From a virus (lineage: Duplodnaviria; Caudoviricetes): a stretch of DNA of 64,000 bases. Where the stretch lies: the IMG/VR virus record IMGVR_UViG_3300006802_014262, positions 4,328 through 68,327 of that record; one strand, given 5' to 3'. The notes beneath the pieces were generated by a model, which worked only from the letters and a program-made list of their open reading frames with translations, searched no databases and was not told the origin of the DNA. Position numbers and translations under genes: made by a program. Shown here piece after piece: positions 32,258 through 40,716 of this stretch. Positions within the stretch are counted from its first letter, which is position 1. The number at the start of each line of letters is the position of its first letter.

Positions 32258-34357
32258 ATGGCAGAAACATTAATTTCCCCTGGTGTATTAGCAAGAGAAA
32301 ACGACTCATCGTTCATCAGACAACAACCAGTTAACGTAGGTGCAGCAATTATCGGTCCTACAGTTTTAGGTCCCGTTGAAATTCCAACTGTTGTTACATC
32401 ATACAGCGATTACGTAAATAAATTTGGTTCGTACTTTGAAAGTGCTAGTGATAATTATTCATTCTTTACTTCAATTGCAGCTTATAACTACTTTAACAAT
32501 GGTGGTACATCATTATTAGTAGCTAGAGTAGTAAGTGCAAGTAACACTTGGACACCAGCAACAAGTACTAATATTGTAAATAACATTGCTACAGTAGGTG
32601 GTATTACCGCTACAGGTAGTTTTGATTTAGCTAATGCTTTTACAGATGGTATTGAAGCAAGAGTAGTTTACAATGGTACTACTTATAGATTTATCGCTTC
32701 AGGTAATCCAATTCCAACAGATGATGTAGATGGTAATTTATATTTCTTCTCTACTGGTTCAACAGCAGCAGGTACAGCTACAAATTTAGCAGCTGAAATT
32801 AATTTCGCGTTATCTGGTTCAACAGGTGCTTCAGCTAATTTAGTAATTGCTACAACAAGTTCAGCAACTTTAATTATCTCTGCTTCAGCAGTAGGATCTA
32901 CATTTAATGGTTTAACAGTATCAACAGGATCTGCTTCTACATTCTCAGTACAAACTACATTAGGTGGTGGTGTTAATAGTCCAAGCACATCAGTTGCATT
33001 TGTTTTAAAAACATTATCTGAAGGTATTATTATGAACAGTTCTTCATCATTAGATGCAAGTGGTTCATTAGCTTCAGGTTCAGCAGATAATATTAGATAT
33101 CAAATTACAAATGCTGACACAGCATCAGGAACATTTAGTTTATTAATTCGTCAAGGTAATGACAATACAAACAATCCAATTGTATTAGAAACTTGGACTG
33201 GATTATCATTAGATCCATTTGCTCCTAACTTTATTTCAAGAGTAATTGGAGATCAAGATCAAAATTACAACGCTACAAATAATCAAATTGAAGTATCTGG
33301 TTCTTACTTTAACGCTTCACGTTATGTAAGAGTAGCATCAGTAAACGCTTTAACTCCATATTATTTTGATAATACAGGTATAGCTAAATCTCAATATACA
33401 GCTTCAATTCCTTTGAATCAAAGCGGTTCATTTACAGGAGCGGTAGGACAAGTAGCAGGTGGTGCTAATTTTTACGAAACTATCAACGGTTCAAATACAC
33501 AAGGTTTAGTAGGTTCAGATTATGATAACATGATCGACTTATTATCAAACCAAGATGAATACAAATTCAATATCTTATTTGCTCCAGGATTATATAACTC
33601 AGGATATACATCACAATGTACATCAATGATTAATAACACTCAAACAAGAGGAGATAGTTTATTTGTATTAGATTTAGTACCTTATAACACTACTATTTCA
33701 ACAGTAACATCACAAGCTAATTCAAGAAATACTTCATACGCTGCTTCATACTGGCCTTGGGTTCAAATGATTGATCCTGCTACAGGAAAGAACGTTTGGG
33801 TTCCAGCATCAACAGTAATGGCGGGTGTGTTCGCATTCAATGATACAGTAGCTGAGCCTTGGTTTGCACCTGCTGGTATTAACAGAGGTGGATTACAAGT
33901 AATTAGAGCAGAACAAAAATTACCTCAATCTTCAAGAGATACTTTATATACAAACAAAGTAAATCCTATCGCTACATTCCCTGGAACAGGTACAGTAGTA
34001 TATGGTCAGAAAACATTACAAACTCAAGCGTCAGCTTTAGATAGAGTAAATGTTAGAAGATTGTTAATTGCTCTTAAGAACTACATTTCACAAATTGCTA
34101 ATACATTAGTATTTGAACAAAATACAATTGCAACAAGAAATACATTCTTATCACAAGTAAATCCATACTTAGAATCAGTTCAACAAAAACAAGGTTTGTA
34201 TGCGTTTAAAGTAATTATGAATGAAACAAATAATACAGCAGACGTAATTGATAGAAATGAGTTAATCGGACAAATTTATATCCAACCTACAAGAACAGCT
34301 GAATTTATTTACTTAGATTTCAACATCTTACCTACAGGAGCAACATTCCCAGCGTAA
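32258..34357 (+). CDS. Tail sheath protein
   Basis: SPGV..RE.D, YWPWV, PWFAPAGINRG, VYGQKTLQ...SALDRVNVRRLLI, IQPTRTAEFI.LDF. Confidence 0.96.
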   Translation: MAETLISPGVLARENDSSFIRQQPVNVGAAIIGPTVLGPVEIPTVVTSYSDYVNKFGSYFESASDNYSFFTSIAAYNYFNNGGTSLLVARVVSASNTWTPATSTNIVNNIATVGGITATGSFDLANAFTDGIEARVVYNGTTYRFIASGNPIPTDDVDGNLYFFSTGSTAAGTATNLAAEINFALSGSTGASANLVIATTSSATLIISASAVGSTFNGLTVSTGSASTFSVQTTLGGGVNSPSTSVAFVLKTLSEGIIMNSSSSLDASGSLASGSADNIRYQITNADTASGTFSLLIRQGNDNTNNPIVLETWTGLSLDPFAPNFISRVIGDQDQNYNATNNQIEVSGSYFNASRYVRVASVNALTPYYFDNTGIAKSQYTASIPLNQSGSFTGAVGQVAGGANFYETINGSNTQGLVGSDYDNMIDLLSNQDEYKFNILFAPGLYNSGYTSQCTSMINNTQTRGDSLFVLDLVPYNTTISTVTSQANSRNTSYAASYWPWVQMIDPATGKNVWVPASTVMAGVFAFNDTVAEPWFAPAGINRGGLQVIRAEQKLPQSSRDTLYTNKVNPIATFPGTGTVVYGQKTLQTQASALDRVNVRRLLIALKNYISQIANTLVFEQNTIATRNTFLSQVNPYLESVQQKQGLYAFKVIMNETNNTADVIDRNELIGQIYIQPTRTAEFIYLDFNILPTGATFPA

Positions 34358-34402
34358 GGATTAAATTAGATAATATTTATAATAAAGAATAAATAAAAAA
34401 AC

Positions 34403-34891
34403 ATGGCAGTATTAGACCCAAACGAAATATTTTTCACAGCGTTCGAACCGAAACAACAGAACCGTTTTATTTTATACATGGATGGAATCCCAGCGTATAT
34501 TATTAAAGGAGTTGCAGGTGTAAATTTAACCCAAGACGCAGTAGCTTTAAACCACATTAACGTACAACGTTTTGTAAAAGGTAAAAGTAAATGGGGTGAA
34601 ATTCAAATGACGTTATTTGACCCAATCACTCCTTCAGGAGCTCAAGCAGTAATGGAATGGGTACGTTTACATCACGAATCAGTAACTGGTAGAGATGGTT
34701 ATAGTGATTTCTATAAGAAAGACTTAACATTAGACGTATTAGGACCAGTAGGTGATATCGTTTCAGAATGGATTATTAAAGGTGCTTTAATTACAAATGC
34801 AAACTTTGGTGATTATAACTGGGATACAGATTCAACAGCACAAAACATTGCTTTAACAATACAACCAGATTATTGTATTTTAAATTTCTAA
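34403..34891 (+). CDS. Tail tube protein (gp19-like)
   Basis: FEPK..NRF, KGK..W, TLFDPI, YKKD..L..L.P.G.....W...GA; follows sheath. Confidence 0.92.
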   Translation: MAVLDPNEIFFTAFEPKQQNRFILYMDGIPAYIIKGVAGVNLTQDAVALNHINVQRFVKGKSKWGEIQMTLFDPITPSGAQAVMEWVRLHHESVTGRDGYSDFYKKDLTLDVLGPVGDIVSEWIIKGALITNANFGDYNWDTDSTAQNIALTIQPDYCILNF

Positions 34892-34922
34892 AACCCCTCC
34901 CCCGAAATACAGGATTAAGATG

Positions 34923-34950
34923 GCTCGCCTTTAGGCGAGCTTCTTTTTTT
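34923..34950 (+). terminator. Intrinsic terminator after tube gene
   Basis: GCTCGCC-ttta-GGCGAGC then TTCTTTTTTT. Confidence 0.88.
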
Positions 34951-34996
34951 CTCATATATTTATATATATAAACATAGTTATAAATAAATTAAATTT

Positions 34997-35737
34997 ATGG
35001 AAGACAACAAATTCAAATTCCCAACAGAGATGGTGGATTTACCATCAAAAGGTTTAATATATCCCGCAGATAACCCGTTATCAAGCGGTAAAGTCGAAAT
35101 GAAATATATGACGGCGAAAGAAGAGGATATATTAACTAACCAGAATTATATCAAACAAGGTACAGTTTTAGATAAACTATTACAATCATTAATTGTATCT
35201 AAAATTAATTATGATGATTTAATTATAGGTGATAAAAATGCAATTATGATTGCTGCTCGTATTTTAGGATATGGTAAAGATTATAGTTTTAAAATGGGAG
35301 ACGAAACCATAACAGTAGATTTAACTGAATGTCCAACTCGTTATTTAGATGAATCATTATTAACTCCAGGTACAAATACATTTAGTTATACATTTCCTCA
35401 TTCAAAAACCGAAATAACATATAAGTTATTAACAGGTAAAGATGAAAAAGAAGTACAAGCCGAATTAGACGGATTGAAAAAAATTGATAAAAATTCATCA
35501 GCTGAATTATCAACTAGATTAAAATATATGATTTTATCAGTTGGTGGAAATACAGATAAAAAAACAATTAGAGAATTTGTTGATAATTACTTATTAGCTA
35601 GAGATTCTAAAGATTTTAGAGAACATCTTAGAAAAACACAACCAGATATTGAATTAACAGCTGATTATATTAATTCAAATGGTGAATCGGAGGTCATCAA
35701 CATTCCTATTACTATTACGTTTTTTTGGCCTGAGTAA
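34997..35737 (+). CDS. Baseplate hub assembly / tail assembly chaperone (T4 gp26-like)
   Basis: LPSKG..Y, MTAKEEDIL, GD..AI...ARI..YG; C-terminal FFWP; between tube and tape measure. Confidence 0.8.
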   Translation: MEDNKFKFPTEMVDLPSKGLIYPADNPLSSGKVEMKYMTAKEEDILTNQNYIKQGTVLDKLLQSLIVSKINYDDLIIGDKNAIMIAARILGYGKDYSFKMGDETITVDLTECPTRYLDESLLTPGTNTFSYTFPHSKTEITYKLLTGKDEKEVQAELDGLKKIDKNSSAELSTRLKYMILSVGGNTDKKTIREFVDNYLLARDSKDFREHLRKTQPDIELTADYINSNGESEVINIPITITFFWPE

Positions 35738-36008
35738 CGAATATAGATTTCAATTATTTAAAGTTATTCATGATATATGTTATTATGGTAACGGTGGGTA
35801 TGATTTCCATACCGTATATGATATGCCAATTTGGTTAAGAAAATTAACATTTAACTTTATAGCAGATCAAAGACAAAAAGAATCAGACGCTTATACAAAC
35901 GCGTCAAAAGGTAAAAATAATATTGATTTTTCTGATCCTAAATCAGCTAAACAAAAATTACAATCAACAAATCAACCAACTTATAGTACAAAGGCATCTA
36001 GAAAATAG
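35721..36008 (+). CDS. gp51-like chaperone segment, probably expressed as a frameshift extension of the upstream gene
   Basis: +1 frame FFGL...YR..LF..IH...G.GG...VYDMPIWLR begins at a T7 run; no convincing own start codon. Confidence 0.65.
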   Translation, partial: FFGLSNEYRFQLFKVIHDICYYGNGGYDFHTVYDMPIWLRKLTFNFIADQRQKESDAYTNASKGKNNIDFSDPKSAKQKLQSTNQPTYSTKASRK

Positions 36009-36016
36009 GTGCCTTT
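35990..36016 (+). terminator. Hairpin at end of chaperone gene (weak terminator or processing site)
   Basis: AAAGGCATCTA-gaaaa-TAGGTGCCTTT; short U-tail. Confidence 0.5.
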
Positions 36017-36039
36017 AATATTTATAACAAAATATTTAA

Positions 36040-38376
36040 ATGGCTTTAAATAAAAACGATAAAGAAGACATAAAAAGAGCAGCTAAAGAAACTTCAATTA
36101 TAGTTGAAGATGCTTTAAGGTCTATTTCTAGTCAAGTTGGTGATATTTTTAGAGACGCCTTAAATAATACTAGTAACTTTAGTAAAACATTAACTCGAGA
36201 CATACAAGGTGGATTAAATTCATTAGCTAAGTCTACTGATGTAATTGAAAAAAATCTAACTAAATTAACTAAAGGTGAATTAACTAGAGCTGAAGTTAAT
36301 AAACAAATTGAAGCTAGAAAAATTAAACTTCAATCTATTGAAAAACAGTTAGAAATAGCTTCTCGTAATAATTTAGGAAATACTAAACATTTAAATGAAG
36401 AATTAACTAAAACTCAAGCATATGAAGCTGAAATAGTAAAAGCTTTAGAAGCTCAAGCTACAGAAGCTGATAAAATTGATAAATCAATAGGTAGTTTAGG
36501 AGCAGCGACTGAAGGTCTTAGTAAAGGATTACAAAAAGCCGGTTTAGGAGCTTTAGATACTCAGTTAGGTTTAGGTAAAGCATTAGCTTCTACTAAAGAG
36601 ATGGTAGCTAAAAATGAAGGAAACGTAAGTAACCTTGAAGCTTCTAGACATCTAACTAAAGAAATAACAAAAAATATTACAGAGTCTGTAGACCCGGCAG
36701 CATTAATCACTTTTGCTTTTAAAGAATTAGTTAATGCTCTTAGTAAAACAGATAAATTAGCTGGAGATACAGCTAAAGCATTTAATATGAGTTATAGTGA
36801 TGCGTTAGCATTAAATACTCAATTAACACAAACCGCAGCTTTAACAGGTGACGCCGCAGTTAATACTAAAGGATTAAATGAAAGTGTAATAGCTGTTGGT
36901 AAATCATTAGGTTCTAACGCTATATTAAATGAAAAGGATTTAATTACTTTTACTAAATTAAGAGAACAAGCAGGTTATACTAATGATGAATTAATAGGTA
37001 TTGAAAAAATATCTTTAGTTAATGGTAAAACATTAAAAGATAATACATCTGAAATATTAGGAGCGGCTGAAGCTTATGCTTCTCGAAATAAATTAGTAGT
37101 AAATGAAAAGGATGTTTTAAGAGAAGTATCTAAAACATCGGCCGCTATTAAATTATCATTAGGTGGCAGCGCTGAAGCAGTAGCTGAGGCTGTAGTAAAA
37201 GCAAAACAATTTGGTTTAAATTTAGAACAAGCTGATAAAATAGCTTCAGGATTATTAAATTTTGAAAGTTCAATAACAAATGAATTAGAAGCAGAATTAT
37301 TAACTGGTAAAAATCTTAACTTTGAAAGAGCAAGATTTTTAGCTTTAAATAATGATATAGCAGGAGCAGCAGAAGAAATAGCAAAACAAGTAGGTACATC
37401 CGCTGATTTTGCTAAGATGAATAGAATTCAACAAGAATCTATCGCCAAAGCAGCAGGTATGGAGCGAAATGAATTAGCTCAGTCTTTAATGGACAGAGAA
37501 GCATTAGCAGCTCTATCAGAAACTGAAGGTGCTACTGCTCAAGAAAAATTTAATAATTTAGTTAAACAAGTAGGTTTAGAAAAAGCTAAAAAACAATTAG
37601 GTAATGATCAATTAGCAAATCAATTTGCTCAACAATCAATAGCTGAACGATATAATAATACATTAGAAAAATTAAGAGAAGTTTTTGTATCATTAGCTGA
37701 ACCAATATTACAAATAGTATCTCCTCTTATGGATTTACTTAACGCTGTACTCCCAGGTATCACAGCTTCTTTAAATCTTATTTTAATTCCCATTAAATTT
37801 TTAGGAGAGGGTATTAAATCAATAGTTGATTATTTCCACACAGGAAATATGGAATTAGCTGATATGGGTAAATTATTACTTGGTATAGCTGGTACTTATA
37901 CTTTAATAAAAGGAATACAACTTGCTAGTGTTGCCGCTCAAAATCAACAAACTGTAGCAGCCGCAGCAACAGCAGCAGTAGAAAAAAATAAATTAACAAT
38001 TTTAGCTGCTGAAGCAGTTGCTTGGGCTATCGCTAATCCATTTACAGCTTTAGCCGGATTAGCATTAGCAGGAACAATAGGAACTGCTATTTATTCTAAA
38101 GTAAAAAGTGTTGAAGATGCTCAAATATCTCCAGACGGTGGTTTAATGGTATCAGGTAAAAAAGGTACATATAGTTTAGATCCTAATGATACTGTTGTAG
38201 CTGGTACTAATTTAGGAGGAAGCTCATCTTCATCATCAACTGATATTCCTATGTTAAATCATTTAGAAAAAATGAACGCTACATTAAATGCTATACTAAA
38301 TAAAGAAGGAGTTGCATTATTTGATACTACTAGAGGAGGTACCGCATTTGGTATGGGTACATACAAAGTAACATAA
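36040..38376 (+). CDS. Tape measure protein
   Basis: 778 aa Ala/Leu/Lys-rich helical protein with hydrophobic C-terminal stretch, after tube and chaperones. Confidence 0.85.
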   Translation: MALNKNDKEDIKRAAKETSIIVEDALRSISSQVGDIFRDALNNTSNFSKTLTRDIQGGLNSLAKSTDVIEKNLTKLTKGELTRAEVNKQIEARKIKLQSIEKQLEIASRNNLGNTKHLNEELTKTQAYEAEIVKALEAQATEADKIDKSIGSLGAATEGLSKGLQKAGLGALDTQLGLGKALASTKEMVAKNEGNVSNLEASRHLTKEITKNITESVDPAALITFAFKELVNALSKTDKLAGDTAKAFNMSYSDALALNTQLTQTAALTGDAAVNTKGLNESVIAVGKSLGSNAILNEKDLITFTKLREQAGYTNDELIGIEKISLVNGKTLKDNTSEILGAAEAYASRNKLVVNEKDVLREVSKTSAAIKLSLGGSAEAVAEAVVKAKQFGLNLEQADKIASGLLNFESSITNELEAELLTGKNLNFERARFLALNNDIAGAAEEIAKQVGTSADFAKMNRIQQESIAKAAGMERNELAQSLMDREALAALSETEGATAQEKFNNLVKQVGLEKAKKQLGNDQLANQFAQQSIAERYNNTLEKLREVFVSLAEPILQIVSPLMDLLNAVLPGITASLNLILIPIKFLGEGIKSIVDYFHTGNMELADMGKLLLGIAGTYTLIKGIQLASVAAQNQQTVAAAATAAVEKNKLTILAAEAVAWAIANPFTALAGLALAGTIGTAIYSKVKSVEDAQISPDGGLMVSGKKGTYSLDPNDTVVAGTNLGGSSSSSSTDIPMLNHLEKMNATLNAILNKEGVALFDTTRGGTAFGMGTYKVT

Positions 38377-38412
38377 TATTAATATTTATAACAAAATTAA
38401 AAACATAAAACT

Positions 38413-38682
38413 ATGGGCTTATTAGATAGATTAAGAAAACAAGGTTCAAACCAAAGTAAATACGGAGTTAATACTCCACCAGTTAATCCATTAGCAACTA
38501 AAGAATCAAAAATGCATGCATTTGGAAACGCTGAAGGATATTCATTAAATGGTGCTTTTAACTCAACAGTAACACGTGATTACAATAAGTATGATGATGG
38601 TACATTAAATATATTACCTCAACCATCAAACCTTGACATTAAAACTCCAGCACAAAAATACGTAAACGTTAAACCAGCGTAA
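38413..38682 (+). CDS. Hypothetical tail-module protein
   Basis: 89 aa, late motif upstream. Confidence 0.5.
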   Translation: MGLLDRLRKQGSNQSKYGVNTPPVNPLATKESKMHAFGNAEGYSLNGAFNSTVTRDYNKYDDGTLNILPQPSNLDIKTPAQKYVNVKPA

Positions 38683-40412
38683 TGGGATTAAAAGATATCT
38701 TTACTAACCCTGAGAAATTTAAATTCTACGGCGGGGCAGGTTATCCTACACCAAACGGCTTAGCAGGTGGTGTGAACGGGGTAGAGCCTCTTTTAACCCT
38801 TAAATATGGTAAAGATTCACCGGGTGCCGGTGCAAGTAAACAACCGTTTATAGTGACTCCAATTCCTGGAGCATCTTCAACGTTTAATACTAATGGTTTA
38901 GTTATAGCTCGTTCTGCAACAGATGTAGAACGTTTATCTAAATTTTTTACTACTACACCAGGTTTACTTTTTATAGCTAAACAAAACGTTTTATCTCAAA
39001 CAAACGTTAGAACACAAGCAGCTAATTATAATGTTCCACAAATACAACCAAATAATGGCCCGTATTTACCAACTAATACATTAGCTCAAGTAGCAGTATC
39101 AGCTGCTGGTTTTCATTTTAATAAACAAGGTTTATTACCTGATGGAGATTTTTCTCCTAAATATGCTTCTAATGAAGTTATAATAGGAGTTAAAGGATCA
39201 AATAATGAAGGTGTAGGAAACCGATTAGTTGACTTAGCTAGAACTAAAGTTGATTATAAAAATAATCAAATTAATATATTAACGTATAGAGGAGGTCCAG
39301 GATCTATTTTAGGTGTAGGTTCTACAAATATATTATTTGCTTCTTCAGGTGAATTTAGAACAGGTACTAATAATCCTTTATATACTAGTAATCTTAAACA
39401 ATTTTATGGTATATTACCTACATCTTATGATATAATAGTCCAAGATCCAGTAGAAGCTTTAAAATCTCAAGAAACATATAAAAATTATCCTATTGTTCAA
39501 TTAGTTGATTTTAGAAAACATTTAAGAGATGGAATTACTAACTCAAATATATTGTCAGATTCTCCTGATTATTCAACTAAAAATATTGAAAATAGAGTAC
39601 TTTTAGGAGATCCTGGACGTCGTAATAAAAATATTATTTCTTACACAAAAGGAGCTATAACTAATGGTGACACTAAAGCTGTAGCTTTAGATAAAGTTAA
39701 TGCTTATCCTTTATATAGATCAAATGATGCTCAAGAAAAAGAAACTAATGATTTAGTTAAATTTAGAATTGAAGTTATAGATAATAAAGAACCAGGATTT
39801 GGTACATTTATACATTTTAGAGCACTTATAGATTCATTTAGTGATAATTATAATGCTTCTTGGTCTGATACTCAATATATAGGTAGAGGTGAAAAATTTT
39901 ATACATATAATAGTTTTACTAGACAAATAAATATGTCTTGGACTGTTGCGGCACAATCAAAACAGGAACTTATTCCAATGTATCAAAAATTAAATTATTT
40001 AGCTTCATCTTTAGCTCCTACATATAATGATAATGGATATATGTCTGGTACTTTAGTTAGGCTTACTGTAGGAGGATATTTATATTCTCAACCAGGATTT
40101 ATAACTAGCTTAACTTATGACGTACCATCAGAATCACCTTGGGAAATAGGAATTAATGATACAAATGCAGGCAGTGATAAATCAGTTAAAGAATTACCAC
40201 ACATAATTAAAGTATCAGGATTTAACTTTACTCCAATACATACTTTTGCTCCACAAAAACAAAAGAATGATTATGATGGCTTTAATAATTCTGTTAGTTC
40301 TTTTGGTTCACAACGATATATAGCATTAGCAGCAGGAACACCAGAAAATAAAGATCAAAATAATTATGATCCTGAGGGAGGTAATTATACTACATTAGCT
40401 TCAAAGAAATAA
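38682..40412 (+). CDS. Baseplate / tube-initiator-like protein
   Basis: C-terminal FRA.I..FSD.Y.A.W....Y.GR.E.FY.Y..F.R...P.Y...LTVG resembles tube-initiator domains of contractile tails. Confidence 0.6.
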   Translation: MGLKDIFTNPEKFKFYGGAGYPTPNGLAGGVNGVEPLLTLKYGKDSPGAGASKQPFIVTPIPGASSTFNTNGLVIARSATDVERLSKFFTTTPGLLFIAKQNVLSQTNVRTQAANYNVPQIQPNNGPYLPTNTLAQVAVSAAGFHFNKQGLLPDGDFSPKYASNEVIIGVKGSNNEGVGNRLVDLARTKVDYKNNQINILTYRGGPGSILGVGSTNILFASSGEFRTGTNNPLYTSNLKQFYGILPTSYDIIVQDPVEALKSQETYKNYPIVQLVDFRKHLRDGITNSNILSDSPDYSTKNIENRVLLGDPGRRNKNIISYTKGAITNGDTKAVALDKVNAYPLYRSNDAQEKETNDLVKFRIEVIDNKEPGFGTFIHFRALIDSFSDNYNASWSDTQYIGRGEKFYTYNSFTRQINMSWTVAAQSKQELIPMYQKLNYLASSLAPTYNDNGYMSGTLVRLTVGGYLYSQPGFITSLTYDVPSESPWEIGINDTNAGSDKSVKELPHIIKVSGFNFTPIHTFAPQKQKNDYDGFNNSVSSFGSQRYIALAAGTPENKDQNNYDPEGGNYTTLASKK

Positions 40413-40418
40413 ATACTA

Positions 40419-40715
40419 ATGAATAGATACGCTAGAATACCTCAAACAAAAATTAAAGGAAATACAGTTTATAGAACTGTACTATACCCAGAAATTCCTT
40501 TATCAGCTGATGATATATATGTTTATACTCAGCAAGGAGATCGTTTTGATGTATTAGCACAAAATTTTTATCAAGATAGTTCATTATGGTGGATAATAGC
40601 AATAGGTAACCCACAAGTTACTTTAGGCAGCTTATTAATACCATCAGGAATACAATTAAGAATACCAGCAAACCCAGCAAGTGTAATTAACACTTACAAT
40701 GTTATAAATAGTTAA
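40419..40715 (+). CDS. LysM-domain baseplate wedge protein (gp53-like)
   Basis: QQGDRFDVLA..FY.D..LWWIIA..N...G.QLRIP. Confidence 0.85.
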   Translation: MNRYARIPQTKIKGNTVYRTVLYPEIPLSADDIYVYTQQGDRFDVLAQNFYQDSSLWWIIAIGNPQVTLGSLLIPSGIQLRIPANPASVINTYNVINS

Positions 40716-40716
40716 T

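Noticed and set aside
35679-35720. ATG 35679 as the true start of the gp51-like ORF
   Set aside because: It lies inside the upstream gene and gives an atypical leader; family-like sequence begins only at the T7 run.
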